From Tubulanus polymorphus (taxonomy: Eukaryota > Animalia > Nemertea): a stretch of DNA of 64,000 nucleotides. Every line of letters begins with the position of its first letter. Positions within the stretch are counted from its first letter, which is position 1. The notes beneath the pieces are model-generated. The model did no database searches, was not told where the DNA came from, and saw only the letters and a list, made by a program, of their open reading frames with translations. Below are positions 1-11,594 of this stretch, piece by piece. Position numbers and translations under genes: made by a program. The stretch is taken from positions 5,058,914 through 5,122,913 of the forward strand of contig NC_134034.1 of assembly GCF_964204645.1 (NCBI RefSeq), written 5' to 3'.

Positions 1-981
1 CAATTAAATTTTGCTGTTTATTGTGCAACAACAGGTTGTGGAATTAGTTGGAATGATCATTTGAATAATTCTAAATATAAATTAATTCAAAGTTTATTTA
101 GATTTCATACATACTTTCAAATCAGAATAATATTAAATGAATTAGAGTTCGCTTTACCAGGATCTAGATATTTTAAAGAATTAGATAATAATATTAATTT
201 ATCAAAGTTTTATTAAATTTGTAATGAATTTAATATAGATATAAATAATTCTGATTTTAGAACAATAATTGGAACAATAAGATCACTTCCTTGCCCTAAA
301 AAGATTGCAGAATATTGTGCACTTCCCATACCATCTAATAGCTTTTATAATATCTATGATAATAAATTAGGTTATAGTAAAATAGAAACAAAGGATTTAG
401 AAACGATATAGAAATGAAGTTTTAGATTCATTAACTAATTTAGAAATTTATGTTACTGAAACTAATAATTTTAATGCAAAGATGGAAAATATATTTCATG
501 TATATTTAATTAATTTTAAAAAATTGAAAGATGAAAAACAATGGTTATTAAAATCTAATATGAAGTTTTGGCAGAACCAATTAAATTTTGCTGTTTATTG
601 TGCAACAACAGGTTGTGGAATTAGTTGGAATGATCATTTGAATAATTCTAAATATAAATTAATTCAAAGTTTATTTAGATTTCATACATACTTTCAAATC
701 AGAATAATATTAAATGAATTAGAGTTCGCTTTACCAGGATCTAGATATTTTAAAGAATTAGATAATAATATTAATTTATCAAAGTTTTATTAAATTTGTA
801 ATGAATTTAATATAGATATAAATAATTCTGATTTTAGAACAATAATTGGAACAATAAGATCACTTCCTTGCCCTAAAAAGATTGCAGAATATTGTGCACT
901 TCCCATACCATCTAATAGCTTTTATAATATCTATGATAATAAATTAGGTTATAGTAAAATAGAAACAAAGGATTTAGAAAC
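1..981 (+). repeat. 577-bp tandem duplication inside the first viral gene
   Basis: 1-404 matches 578-981, including the same premature TAA; junction at agaaac|gatataga (404/405). Confidence 0.93.
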
Positions 982-1708
982 ATTAAATTTCAATAAATTA
1001 CCGAAATTTTATGATAATTTAAAACAAGAAAACAATAATGGTTGGGTTTATTTAATTTTAAAAAATAATGAAAGTTTTACAAAATCAGGTATACAAAGAA
1101 TAAATCAATCTATTAGAACTTATTTGATATGTATTCTAGGATCGCAAGTTGAAACAAGATCCCCAATAATTGGAAATTTAAATACATCATTTGATACACA
1201 AAAACAATTCAAAGTATTATTTGAAGATTCCATTCATAATGATAAAAATAGATCGATTCCAGAAAACATTGTAAGATATCAAAATTATTTAGATAAATCA
1301 CATATTAGATTAAATTATTGTATAGGCCCTAATCTATTTATTATTTCTAATGATTTAGTATTAAAGATGGGAAACATAATTGGTTATAATAATCTAATTA
1401 AAACTGCAACAATAAATAATTCATTTGGATTGAATGATATAAATAAAAAGATAATTACTGCTCCAAAATTAATGGAAGGTGAAAAAAATAAAAAACATAT
1501 TCAATCAACAGAAACTAAAACTAATAATATTAAATTAAATAATGATTCTAAAATAAAAGATTAAAATACATCAGAAGATATAAAAACTGATAATATTCAA
1601 CATGATATAATTAAACTAAATGATGATAATAAATCCCATGAAAATACTAAATTAGCTTTAACTTGTATAGGAATTGTAATCGGAGGAATATTATATTTTA
1701 AATTTTAA
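482..1708 (+). pseudogene. Conserved Polinton-like virus protein (WQNQLNFAVYCATTGCG motif) with C-terminal transmembrane anchor, interrupted by in-frame stops
   Basis: ORFs 482-793 and 1124-1564 are in the same frame. Reading through TAA 791-793 and TAA 1562-1564 reaches HENTKLALTCIGIVIGGILYFKF* at 1708. The true start is probably upstream of 482. Confidence 0.7.
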
Positions 1709-1723
1709 TTTTTTATTATGTAA

Positions 1724-3418
1724 ATGGCAGAAGGTGGAGAAGATATTCCAATGGATCCTTTAGATGAACCTGGAATAAGTGATGAACAACCACCTGATTT
1801 TAGTGAAACAAGTTTTAATGATGATAATGAGCCCGAATATAATACTAATTTAGGTGAAGATGATGATTATGATTATGAAACGCGTAAAGAATTTAAAGAA
1901 TATATGACAGCTACCGAAAGGTTAGTTATTAGAACCTCAACATCTAGAAAGGATTTAATGGAAAGATTAGTAAATACAACTGATCCTCTTATGAAATCTC
2001 AATTAAAATTAATGAAAAATAGAGTAATATATACAATTGTTAACGTATTATTACCAAAAGATGAAATAGATGAAATTGGTCCCGAAGGTGTTGTAGAACA
2101 AATTTTAAAAGATGACCCATTTTTCATGAATAATTTAGAATTTAAAAATGATGCAGGGTATTATAATGTTGAATTAAATAACAAAAATGTATCAATTCAA
2201 TTATCTAGAATGGGTCAAGAAAATATTTTTGAACCTGGAATGCGATCAAGATCTACAATTGAAGGTTCAAAAGGCGGTAGAGAATTTCTCAGAATTATAT
2301 GGAATGCAATCGATAGAATAAATAAAAAAACCAATTCCTAAAATTGATATTAACAAATATTCACCATTTAAAAATCCAAATTTAAATTCTACTGATGTTG
2401 ATCCAGAAATGGAAGAATATGGAGATCGATCAGATAGATTAAGATCTTCAACACCCGAAACATCGAGAAGAGATATTCAACAAATTGATAATGATTCAAA
2501 TCAATTACAAGTAGTAAAAAATTTTGATAAAATGTTTGATACAATTCATTCATTTGACGAAGAGATGAATAGTATTTTAGATACACCCGGTACTGAAACT
2601 GGAATAAATCGAATACAATCTTTACTAGAAAAAGGATTTCTCAAATTAACTGATGAAGAATTAGAAACATTTCCTGAACAAGCACGTAGAGAAATTAAAG
2701 GCATTCAAGAATCAGCTGATGAAAATGCTAATATTAATATGAGATTTTCTAAAACAACCATGTTAGAAAAAGAATTAGCTATTGCAAATGAAAAATTAGA
2801 ACAATTAAAATTAGATAAAAATCTTCAATTAATCGAGGAAGCTGATTATGAAAGCAGAAAGTTAGCTTTAGAAAAAGAAATAGATGATTTAAAATATAAC
2901 ATAAAATTACAAAAAGAAGAAAGAGATACATTATTAAAATCATATGATCTTAATCATATTAAAAAATTAAAAGTTATTTTTAAAGATTTGTTGATAAAAC
3001 CAAATTCTAGAATATCATTAAAAGACAGAATAAGATTATTATTTAAGTTAGAAGGTATATAATTCTTTCAATTCTAACAGCTGTGACTATGTTATTTACA
3101 ACAATTGGTTTAGCTATATCAAATGCTTTAAAATCTACTCCTACTCCCAATAAACCAGATAAACCCCCAGATAATAATAATTCTATACAAGATAAAGTTA
3201 AAGATGGTTTAAAGAAATTAGCAAAATATTTATGGGAACTATCTAAAAAATCTGCTGCAGCATTACCAGGAATTATTGCATCAATTTTCGGTTTTATATT
3301 AAAATCTGCTGGGAATATTCTTAACTTTGCTGCTGAACATATTATTTTATTTTTAATTACAGTTGTAAGTGCAATTATTTTTGGGTTAGTAAATATGATA
3401 TCAAAAAATATCAAGTAA
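1724..3418 (+). pseudogene. Single viral gene of about 560 aa: acidic N-terminus, coiled coil, C-terminal hydrophobic/amphipathic helices; two frameshifts
   Basis: ORFs 1724-2341, 2409-3062 and 3083-3418 join through a frameshift at the A-run near 2324-2330 (the downstream frame is open from there: KPIPKIDINKY...) and a second at about 3060 (LEGI / IILSILTAVTM). Confidence 0.72.
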
Positions 3419-3458
3419 CCATGATAAAAAATAAATAATTAATTTTTTTGTTAAATAA

Positions 3459-4706
3459 ATGAGTGGGAGTTATATCAATCCTTCTAAGAATCATAGAATA
3501 TCTAATGCTATTAAAGCAGAAAGATCACATCATATAATTACTCATAACCCTTCTAATATTAATCCCGATGAAACTTTATATGTTAGAATTCCTCGATTAA
3601 CACAAAATACTTTTTATGTTCCAAATAGTATTTATTTATCAGCTGATATAAAAGTAATCGGTAATAATAATAATTATGTTGTTGATAATGTTGGAAGATA
3701 TTTGATTAAAAAATTAACAATAAAGATTGGACCAGAAACAGTTTTCTCATTAGATGATTATAATTTATTTATGCATTATAAAGATTTATGGTTAACTAAA
3801 GAAAATAGAAATAATATGATATTTCAAGGCATCCAATCAGAAAACCAAAATAAATTAAGATCTGAAGCCAATAATGCAGTAGTAACTAATGCTGTAGATA
3901 ATTTGATAAAACAGATTTATGGAAGCAAATATAAAATTCCATTAGACTTTGAATTGATAAATAACAATGCACCTTTATATAAATTCGCAATTCAAGAAGA
4001 CGTTATATTCGAAATAACATTTGCTCCTGTAAATCAAATTGTATTATCTAGCGTTGTTAAAGATATGAGTTATAAATTATCGAATATATGTTTAGAATAT
4101 GACACAGTAACTGATGAAAATATTTCAAGTATAATTCAAACTCAATACAATCAAGGATTTTCATTATTATATGATTATATTGATAAATTTAAAACTGTAA
4201 CTATTAATGCAAATGATGAAATTATTAATGAGAATATTAACTTCCCAAGAAGATCTATTAAAGGTATATTAATATTTTTTACCATTGCAACATATTCTAA
4301 TGGTGCAATACAGGTTGATGATTATTATAATCCTGAAATAACAAAAGTAGAAATAACTATCGAAGGAATAGCAAATAAAATATTTTGTCAAGGAATGAGA
4401 ATGATTGATCAATGGCCAGAAATTAGAAAACATTTTATGAATGAAAAAGTGAAATCATCTGAAAATTGTAACATTAATCAAATTGATTATTATACCGGCA
4501 ATAAATATGCATTATGGTTAGATTTTAGAACAACAGAGGATATTTCATTACATGGTTCTGGAAAAAAATTACAAAACACTAAAGATGAAATACAATTATT
4601 CATGACAAAGAATAAAGGAATCAAAAATTTCAAAATGCACATTTATGTTATATCTGACGCGCAATTAAATATTGTAAATTCACAATTAGATAGTGTTATG
4701 TATTAA
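3459..4706 (+). CDS. Probable major capsid protein (double jelly-roll type) of Polinton-like virus
   Basis: Intact 415-aa ORF, beta-strand-like alternating hydrophobic pattern, size typical of Polinton capsid proteins, next to ATPase and integrase; resembles capsid proteins of marine-invertebrate Polintons as I recall them (ITHNPS, YKDLW, LDFRT, LHGSG motifs). Confidence 0.75.
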   Translation: MSGSYINPSKNHRISNAIKAERSHHIITHNPSNINPDETLYVRIPRLTQNTFYVPNSIYLSADIKVIGNNNNYVVDNVGRYLIKKLTIKIGPETVFSLDDYNLFMHYKDLWLTKENRNNMIFQGIQSENQNKLRSEANNAVVTNAVDNLIKQIYGSKYKIPLDFELINNNAPLYKFAIQEDVIFEITFAPVNQIVLSSVVKDMSYKLSNICLEYDTVTDENISSIIQTQYNQGFSLLYDYIDKFKTVTINANDEIINENINFPRRSIKGILIFFTIATYSNGAIQVDDYYNPEITKVEITIEGIANKIFCQGMRMIDQWPEIRKHFMNEKVKSSENCNINQIDYYTGNKYALWLDFRTTEDISLHGSGKKLQNTKDEIQLFMTKNKGIKNFKMHIYVISDAQLNIVNSQLDSVMY

Positions 4707-4738
4707 AATTTTAACTTTAATAAAAAATCTTATATTAA

Positions 4739-5581
4739 ATGGAAGGAGGTAAAGTATATAAACATATTCCATACATCGATACACATGAAAATAATGATGG
4801 TTTATATTATGTAATACCTTGTAATATAGCTTTGATATTTGATCCTATTTTCAAAATTTATAAAACTAAACTAATAGAAATCGATAATAATAAAAGTGAA
4901 GTTGTTGATAATTTAAGTAATGTAATTGATAATAATGTAATACCTTCTACATCTGATAATGTAATACCTACTACATCTAATAATGTAATACCCTCTACAT
5001 CAAATAATGTAATACCTTCTACATCTAATAATGCAATAATATTAAATTTTAGTGAAAATAGAAATTATTGTGATTATTGTAAAGGCGAATTTTCAAACGC
5101 TCCATCAAATTGGAATAAACATATGAATACAAGGGTACATATAAATAATGTTATAGAACGTGTTGGTTTAAAAGAATTTATAGAACACCCATTTAGATAT
5201 GTTACAAAATTTGTTTCAAATAAAAAAGTAAATGGTGAAAAAATATATGAAGATTTTTTATTAGCAACACCTAATAAAGATGAATTAGATTTAACCGATG
5301 CTAATGAAATATTAGGATCAAACACTGTAAATGAAATATTAGGAGCAAACACTAATAAAGATAATAATGAAAATACAGGAAAGCGCATTGATAATAAAGA
5401 TTCTATGAAACTTAAATCAGAAAATAAAGATATAGTTGAGATGCCTAATAAGTATATCAATAAACCAATTATTTATGAAGATACGGTAGAGCATTTGAAT
5501 AAATTGTTAGGGGCTGATGATGAATTGGAGAGTGATGATGAAAGTGATTCAGAAATTAATCATCTAACACTCAAAAAGTAA
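4739..5581 (+). CDS. Viral protein with 8-aa repeats (NNVIPSTS x4), a C2H2-type zinc finger and an acidic tail
   Basis: 280-aa ORF; 24-bp tandem repeat at about 4930-5032; CDYC-x13-H-x5-H motif. Confidence 0.7.
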   Translation: MEGGKVYKHIPYIDTHENNDGLYYVIPCNIALIFDPIFKIYKTKLIEIDNNKSEVVDNLSNVIDNNVIPSTSDNVIPTTSNNVIPSTSNNVIPSTSNNAIILNFSENRNYCDYCKGEFSNAPSNWNKHMNTRVHINNVIERVGLKEFIEHPFRYVTKFVSNKKVNGEKIYEDFLLATPNKDELDLTDANEILGSNTVNEILGANTNKDNNENTGKRIDNKDSMKLKSENKDIVEMPNKYINKPIIYEDTVEHLNKLLGADDELESDDESDSEINHLTLKK

Positions 5582-5584
5582 TAA

Positions 5585-5940
5585 AGGTTGAAAATTGTAT
5601 AAAATAATAGTAAATAAAAAAGGGGGTTTTAAGTATTAAGGTATCTAATACGTATCTAATACATATCTAATACGTATCTAATACATATTATTTGAAAATA
5701 CCTTAAATTATATTTCTTTTTTAAATTTATATTGAAACCTCAGTAATAATAAAGGTTATTTTCAAACTTATTCATATATTTGTTGAAAAAATAAAAATAA
5801 ATTGGTTGAAAATTGTATAAATAATATTTATTTTAAAAAAGGGTTTTAAGTATTTAAGGTATCTAATAGGGTATCAGGTATTAGGGTATCAGGTATTAGG
5901 GTATCTAATAGGGTATCTAATACATAGGTATACAAATAGT
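5585..5940. repeat. Intergenic region between the convergent gene blocks, with duplicated motif and GTATCTAATA-type short repeats (candidate terminator region)
   Basis: ggttgaaaattgtataa...gggttttaagtat...ggtatctaata occurs at about 5586 and 5804; a reverse-complement homolog is present in copy C at about 58375-58492. Confidence 0.55.
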
Positions 5941-6551
5941 TATTTTATAAATTTATATTCATATGGAAATTGTAATCTCAGTAATAATTTTGAACCTTTA
6001 TTATTCTTTAATTTATTCATATATTCATCATGTTATTCAGTGGGTATAATTAGATTTTCTTCCAATGATTGTTGCATAGATTTTCTATCTTTGTTATAAA
6101 ATAAAACTAGAAATCTTATATTCTCCCTAAAGTCTTTAACAATTGAATTATATTTTTGATTTAAAACCCATGTTGTTATCCCAAAATGTCTCCCAGAGAA
6201 AGCTAAGTAACATAACTCACTTTCTCTAACTTTTGAATCATGTAAATTTGCGCAATCATCTATAATGAATAATGTATTTGATCCTTTATAAGTATCAATT
6301 GCTATTTTTATACAATTATCTAAATTTTCTTTTACTGTTTTAGGATTTAATATAATAAACTTTTTTATCTTAACTATATCTCTATTATATGTTTTATTTA
6401 TTTCATAAGTAGGACAGAATAATATTATATTATCAAAATGATTCTTATAAATAGTTTCTAACAAATCTAATATGAAATGTATTTTACCACAATTGGTTAC
6501 ACCAGTAACTAACATATTATGCGGTTTAAATATAAATAAATCTTTATTCAT
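5940..6551 (-). pseudogene. A32/FtsK-like genome-packaging ATPase with a premature stop at 6033-6035
   Basis: Walker A GVTNCGKI (T>I), Walker B LFIIDD, GRH and LNQ motifs; frame continues HDEYMNKLK...FPYEYKFIK* to 5940. Confidence 0.88.
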
Positions 6552-7630
6552 TTATTCTTTTAATTTTGATAGATAAAATCCATTCATTAAATTTATCATC
6601 ATATCCTTTATATTTCACCAAAGAATACTTTTTTCCTTTAAGAGTTTTTGTTTTCAATACTTTTTCTATTTTGTATTCTATTTCATCTGGATTTGGTACA
6701 AGTGATAATTCTTGTTCATAGAAATAACCTAATATTTCTTCATCTTTTAAATCTTCTAATTTATAAACAAAAGGTTTAGTTAATATTATCTTTTTAATCT
6801 TGAATATTTCTTCAGTAAAATTAGGGGTATAACCTTTATAAAATGTTTTTCTATATTTAGATATTCTTACGTGTTGTCCTATTTTAAATTTAGGTTCTCC
6901 GAAATCATGTGTGACAAATGCGCCATATAAATTATTCTAAACTATTTCCGAATTATCTTCTTTTCTAGCTTGTATAGGTTTCATATTTATAGAACTATGT
7001 TTAGAATTATTATAACCTTTCACTAAATTATATCGATACATCGATATATCTATATGTTTCGTTAGCAGTAAAATATTTCCACATTCTAGTTTTCAATGTT
7101 TTATTAAATCTTTCTATAATAGATGCTTTTTTATCTGAATGTGTTGAAAAATAATCTACATCGTTATCAGATAAGAGTTTTTTAAAATGTTTGTTATAAA
7201 ATTCCTTACCTTCATCAAATTGTATCTTATCTGGAGTAGCTTCTTTAAATATTGATTTAAAAGCATTTGTTACTTCTATACCAGTTTTATTTTTGATTGG
7301 AATTGACCATGCGTATCTGCTGAATATGTCTATAACATTTAATATCCAGAAATATCCTTTGTTGTATTCTTCTAAGTTCTTCATGTCAATTAAATCTGCT
7401 TGCCATGGTTGATCGATATATGAAACCATAACTTTTCTTGTTAAATAAGTTTTATCCATTTTCTTGTGGATTTGATATGTTGGTTGATTTTGTAACCATG
7501 ATTTCAATTCACTATATTTTATATTTTCATTATCAGATTTAATTTTATTCCATAATTCTGAAACGTTAGAATATGATACTTCACTTTCTGGGTTATAATA
7601 TAAATCTATTAAATATTGTTCTTTTTTCAT
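6544..7630 (-). pseudogene. Polinton-type retroviral-like (rve) integrase with C-terminal chromodomain; frameshift near 7030 and one in-frame stop
   Basis: WQADLIDM, IDIFSRYAW, QFDEGKEF and IERFNKTLK (DDE core). After the frameshift: KFKIGQHVRISK...KGYTPNFTEEIF...FYEQEL...YKIEKVL...LVKYKGYDDKFNEW. Confidence 0.93.
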
Positions 7631-7636
7631 CTTATT

Positions 7637-7996
7637 TTAATCCATTAATAATAATTTAGATTTAGTTTCAATGGTTTTATGATTTGACTTATTTTCTGGT
7701 ATGATAGGTTTATTGTCATTGGAATCATCTTTATCATCAGATTTGAATTTTGATTTATATATTACACCGGATAATATAATAATTGTGATTCACCCAATTG
7801 TAATATATAAGTAATTATTTCTTCCACTATTAGAAGAATGAGATGGATTATTATGTGAATCAATATCAGATGATTCATTTATATCAGTTAATTTCTTTTT
7901 CTTAGCTTTTTTTAATTCTGAAGATCTTTTACCTAATTCTCTTGCCCATTTAATTTGTTTCTCTGATCTAGCCTTTTTCTTAACGCTATCACTCAT
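7637..7996 (-). pseudogene. Small basic protein with a transmembrane segment, premature stop at 7790-7792
   Basis: Lys-rich N-terminus; reading through the stop gives YLYITIG*ITIIILSGVIY and an in-frame end at 7637. Confidence 0.6.
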
Positions 7997-8597
7997 TTAT
8001 TTTAGTTAATTTTTGTTCTGATTCATTTTCTGTTTCGACGTTTGGTTGTAGTACAGTGTCATCTGTTTCGTTCTTACCTGATTTATATTCCATAGGTTTG
8101 ATGTTCGAAAATGTTATGACGCCAGTAGAAATTAATGTCATAACCGATCCTAATTGATATGAAGCATAACCAACCCATTTTTGTAATTCAGTCATAACTA
8201 AATAGTCATTTTTCAAATCACTATATAATTTATTTTCATCATCAATTGGTATTAACTGGTTACATAACTTAGAGTAACATTTGACAATACCATCTGAAAT
8301 AGAATCATTTATTCGGGCTAATCTTGACTCTTCATAAATTTTAAAATGTTTTATTACTTTATCGGGTTTCATAGAGTCTAGTTCTTGAAAAGTAATGAAT
8401 CTATTTAAAAACTCCTTAGTTTTTCCACCGGCAATCAATGGTTCTAGATGGTGTTTACAATATAAATAGTATTCATAATCTATATTACAATTAACTTGAG
8501 CACAATTAGTAACAACTGTATCTTTATCATCACTTATACCCAAATCATCTAATGTTTTTTCAATATCGGCATTATTCTTACTCGATTTCTTTGACAT
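7989..8597 (-). CDS. Hypothetical helical protein of the Polinton-like virus
   Basis: Intact 202-aa ORF, TAAATG start, overlaps the next gene by 8 nt. Confidence 0.7.
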   Translation of the reverse strand: MSKKSSKNNADIEKTLDDLGISDDKDTVVTNCAQVNCNIDYEYYLYCKHHLEPLIAGGKTKEFLNRFITFQELDSMKPDKVIKHFKIYEESRLARINDSISDGIVKCYSKLCNQLIPIDDENKLYSDLKNDYLVMTELQKWVGYASYQLGSVMTLISTGVITFSNIKPMEYKSGKNETDDTVLQPNVETENESEQKLTKINE

Positions 8598-8903
8598 TTA
8601 TATTAGAGAAAAAAAGCAAAAAAAATATTATAAGTATTCTTCAAATGATACAAGTATCTCTTTGGGTTAATACTAGTTAGTTAAAGGTAAAGAATTTTAG
8701 TATTAGTTATTGTTTTTTTAGTATTTTTTTATTTGTGATATAAAGTATTCTTTTTTGAAAAGAAAATATTAAAAATATAATAGAATTCACTAGCTAGTTG
8801 AAGTTATTTTTTTTTAAATATTTTTTATTAAAAATCTATTATTCTTTAACCACTCATTAAAGACTCAACGTATTGTTCATTATTTGGATCATTGTTCCAT
8901 TGA

Positions 8904-9512
8904 TCAATAAATTTTCTTTGTCTTTGTTAACTGTTCTAAATATAATTGTAAATCTAGTTTATTAGATTTAATTATGTTTTCCTTCTTTTCTAAAGGTCTT
9001 AGATTCTTCCAATTCCAAATCAGTTTTTTATTGTATTCATCATTCATGTTAAATTTAGATATCGGTAACACGTGATCAATATGGTAATAATCCCCATAAT
9101 TATCTATATTCATTTTATCATCGAATTGAAATATAATCCATGATTTGAGAAATTCATCTGAACAACCCAACAAATTAGATAATGTTTCTGAATGTGTTTC
9201 TTTGTTGAATAATTGTGTTAATCTAGATCTTAGGCATTGTTTCAATCTAAAATTAAGATCTGTTTGATATCTTTCTCTCATATATTCTGCCATATAATAA
9301 TTATAATGTTCTATCTTATCTTCTCGATATTGTTTGGTATATAGTTTAGTGCAAGTTTTACAGCAATATTGAAAACCATCTTTGCTAATCTTACGCTTAC
9401 TAAATTCTGTTAATGATTTATCTAATTCACATTTAGAACACTTCTTGTAGTGTATATTTATAACACCAGTGTTATTTGTAATATTGATAGTTTGTGGTTG
9501 TTCTGGTTCCAT
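8904..9512 (-). CDS. Zinc-ribbon plus HNH/endonuclease VII-like nuclease of the type found in large DNA viruses; C-terminus probably frameshifted
   Basis: CSKC...CKTC zinc ribbon; LGCS, HIDHVLP and NLRPL...N..KSNK HNH-like motifs. Confidence 0.82.
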   Translation of the reverse strand: MEPEQPQTINITNNTGVINIHYKKCSKCELDKSLTEFSKRKISKDGFQYCCKTCTKLYTKQYREDKIEHYNYYMAEYMRERYQTDLNFRLKQCLRSRLTQLFNKETHSETLSNLLGCSDEFLKSWIIFQFDDKMNIDNYGDYYHIDHVLPISKFNMNDEYNKKLIWNWKNLRPLEKKENIIKSNKLDLQLYLEQLTKTKKIY

Positions 9513-9684
9513 TTATTATACGTATTTTTTACTAAATTGGTTAATATTTTAGAATCCTCTTCCATTTCTTCGACCAACGTCATCCTTTTTCATTCCTCGC
9601 CGCTTTTGATAAGTTGTTTCGATTCCTTGATATCTAAATCATACCAGTTACAATACCCGCGTCACATGCGGACATACAGGCGCG

Positions 9685-10200
9685 CTTTTGCTTAATGCGC
9701 ATGCGTTAATCATAATTATATATTCATTCTATAAATTCTGTAAAATAGAACCAACACATGCGTTACATGCGTTACGTGCGGCCATTAATGTCCGGTTTTG
9801 CTTAATGCACATGTGTTAATCATAATAGAAACAACCGACATGAAATATCTAAATAATACCACTGGGCAAACCGCTCTTATAGGAGCGTTTTTGCTTAATG
9901 CGCATGCGTTAATCATAATTATATATTCATTCTGTAAATTCTGTAAAATAGAAACGACCGACATAAAATATCAAAACGTGTTCGCACTAGGCAAAACCGC
10001 TCTTATAAGAGCGTTTTTGCTTAATGCGCATGCGCTAATCCTAATTATATATTCATTCTGTAAAATAGAAACAACTGAACATAGAAAATTCAAACGCATG
10101 TGCACTAAGCAAAACCGCTCTTATAGGAGCGTTTTTGCTTAATGCGCATGCGCTAATCCTAATTATATATTCATTCTGTAAAATAGAAACGACCGAACAT
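9685..10200. repeat. Five imperfect ~95-126-bp repeats with palindromic cores inside the virus
   Basis: gcttaatgcgcatgcg(t/c)taatc at about 9691, 9800 (variant), 9893, 10019 and 10137; cgctcttata(a/g)gagcg palindromes in three units. Confidence 0.85.
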
Positions 10201-11287
10201 AAAAATTCACCAATCAAATTTACACAATACATTATACAAGTTGTTCGGCCGTTTCTTCCAATACATCATTTGATATCTATAAATACAATTTATAATTACA
10301 AACTTTTTTCAATTGCTGGTAAATATTTAATTAACTACAACAACAAATGTTAAACTTAATCATTGGAGTCTTAATGTTTTTGAAATTCTTATATAGTTTC
10401 TTCGTCGATCTCTTGGCGATTCTTGTGTTTCTTGTGCTAATTTCTATTGGTTCGATATCCATTGCTTTTGATTCCTCAGTCAGAAAGAGTATCTTGAGTT
10501 TCTCTATCACTTCTTGATGCGTATGACGTTTTATTAATCTAAAAGATATTAGCGGCAACTCTAGCCATCTAAAAGATATACTAAATACACTTAAATATAT
10601 CTAAAGGTTTCATATTTAATAGCCCTAATAACTACAAAAAACAGTACTTACATTTAGATTTAGAATTGTAAACTATAAACTCCTAATTTCGTTTCGATAG
10701 ATAGAATATCCTGAGCACAATGTTACAGCGCCTGTTCATTTCTTGCCACGTCATCTGGTTCCGGTTCTAGAGTGTTCTCTACACGTTTGTAATATTATGA
10801 GTCATATGTCTCGGCGTCATAGTAACAGCTGTAACAGCTGTGAATTTATAGATTTATTCAATCGTTCATTACATGAAATGTATATAGGCTCAAATAGAAT
10901 CATGTTCTAGTATAAACAGCTATGCATTATTTCAATCACACTTTACTAACACTTTTAATGTTTAAACATCTATCTCACACAAATATGAATATTGAAATAA
11001 TGTTGTAAATATATACTTTTATATTGAATAATCTGTCAATTTAAATGTTATTCATTTATATGATTATTTTAGTATTTTTTATTTGTGATATAAAGTATTC
11101 TCTTTTGAAAAGAATTGTAAAAGAAAATATCAAAAATTAAAATAGAAATAATGGCTAGTTGAAGTTATTGTTTTTTTAATATATTTTATTTGAATTCTAT
11201 TTGATATCACCATGTGGGTGCCGTACGGCACCATCTCACTACTTTTGTTTTTCTATTAGGAGCAGTAATTATAACTGTCCAGATAAG

Positions 11288-11515
11288 TCATTTCGGATCC
11301 TTGATATCAAATTCCTCAACATATTGTTCATTATTTGGATCATTGTTCCATAATTCAATAAATTTCTTTGCCTTTGTTAACTGTTCTAAATATAACTGTA
11401 AATATTCTAGTTTCAATTTATTCTCTAAATGTGTTTTAGTTTTATTGTGTCTTGCTTTTTGGGATTTATCTATATTGATATTACATGTTGGGCTGTAGTA
11501 CTTATTTGCTTCCAT
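11288..11515 (-). CDS. Small protein with degenerate zinc finger, sharing its C-terminal tail with the HNH gene
   Basis: LQLYLEQLTK is shared with ORF 8904-9512; DNA 11065-11405 resembles 8715-8955. Confidence 0.55.
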   Translation of the reverse strand: MEANKYYSPTCNINIDKSQKARHNKTKTHLENKLKLEYLQLYLEQLTKAKKFIELWNNDPNNEQYVEEFDIKDPK

Positions 11516-11594
11516 TTTAATACTAAATTTTTTATTAAAATTGATTTTAGAAGTTATTCATTTATATTTTATTCATATATATGAATATTTTAAG

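Noticed and set aside
3043-5460. Antisense ORFs 3043-3414 and 5074-5460
   Set aside because: Shadows of the plus-strand viral genes.
9798-10353. ORFs 9798-10142 and 10135-10353, and a possible CRISPR-like reading of the repeats
   Set aside because: These are translations of the tandem repeat. The inter-core segments are homologous to each other rather than unique spacers, there are no cas genes, and the context is eukaryotic.
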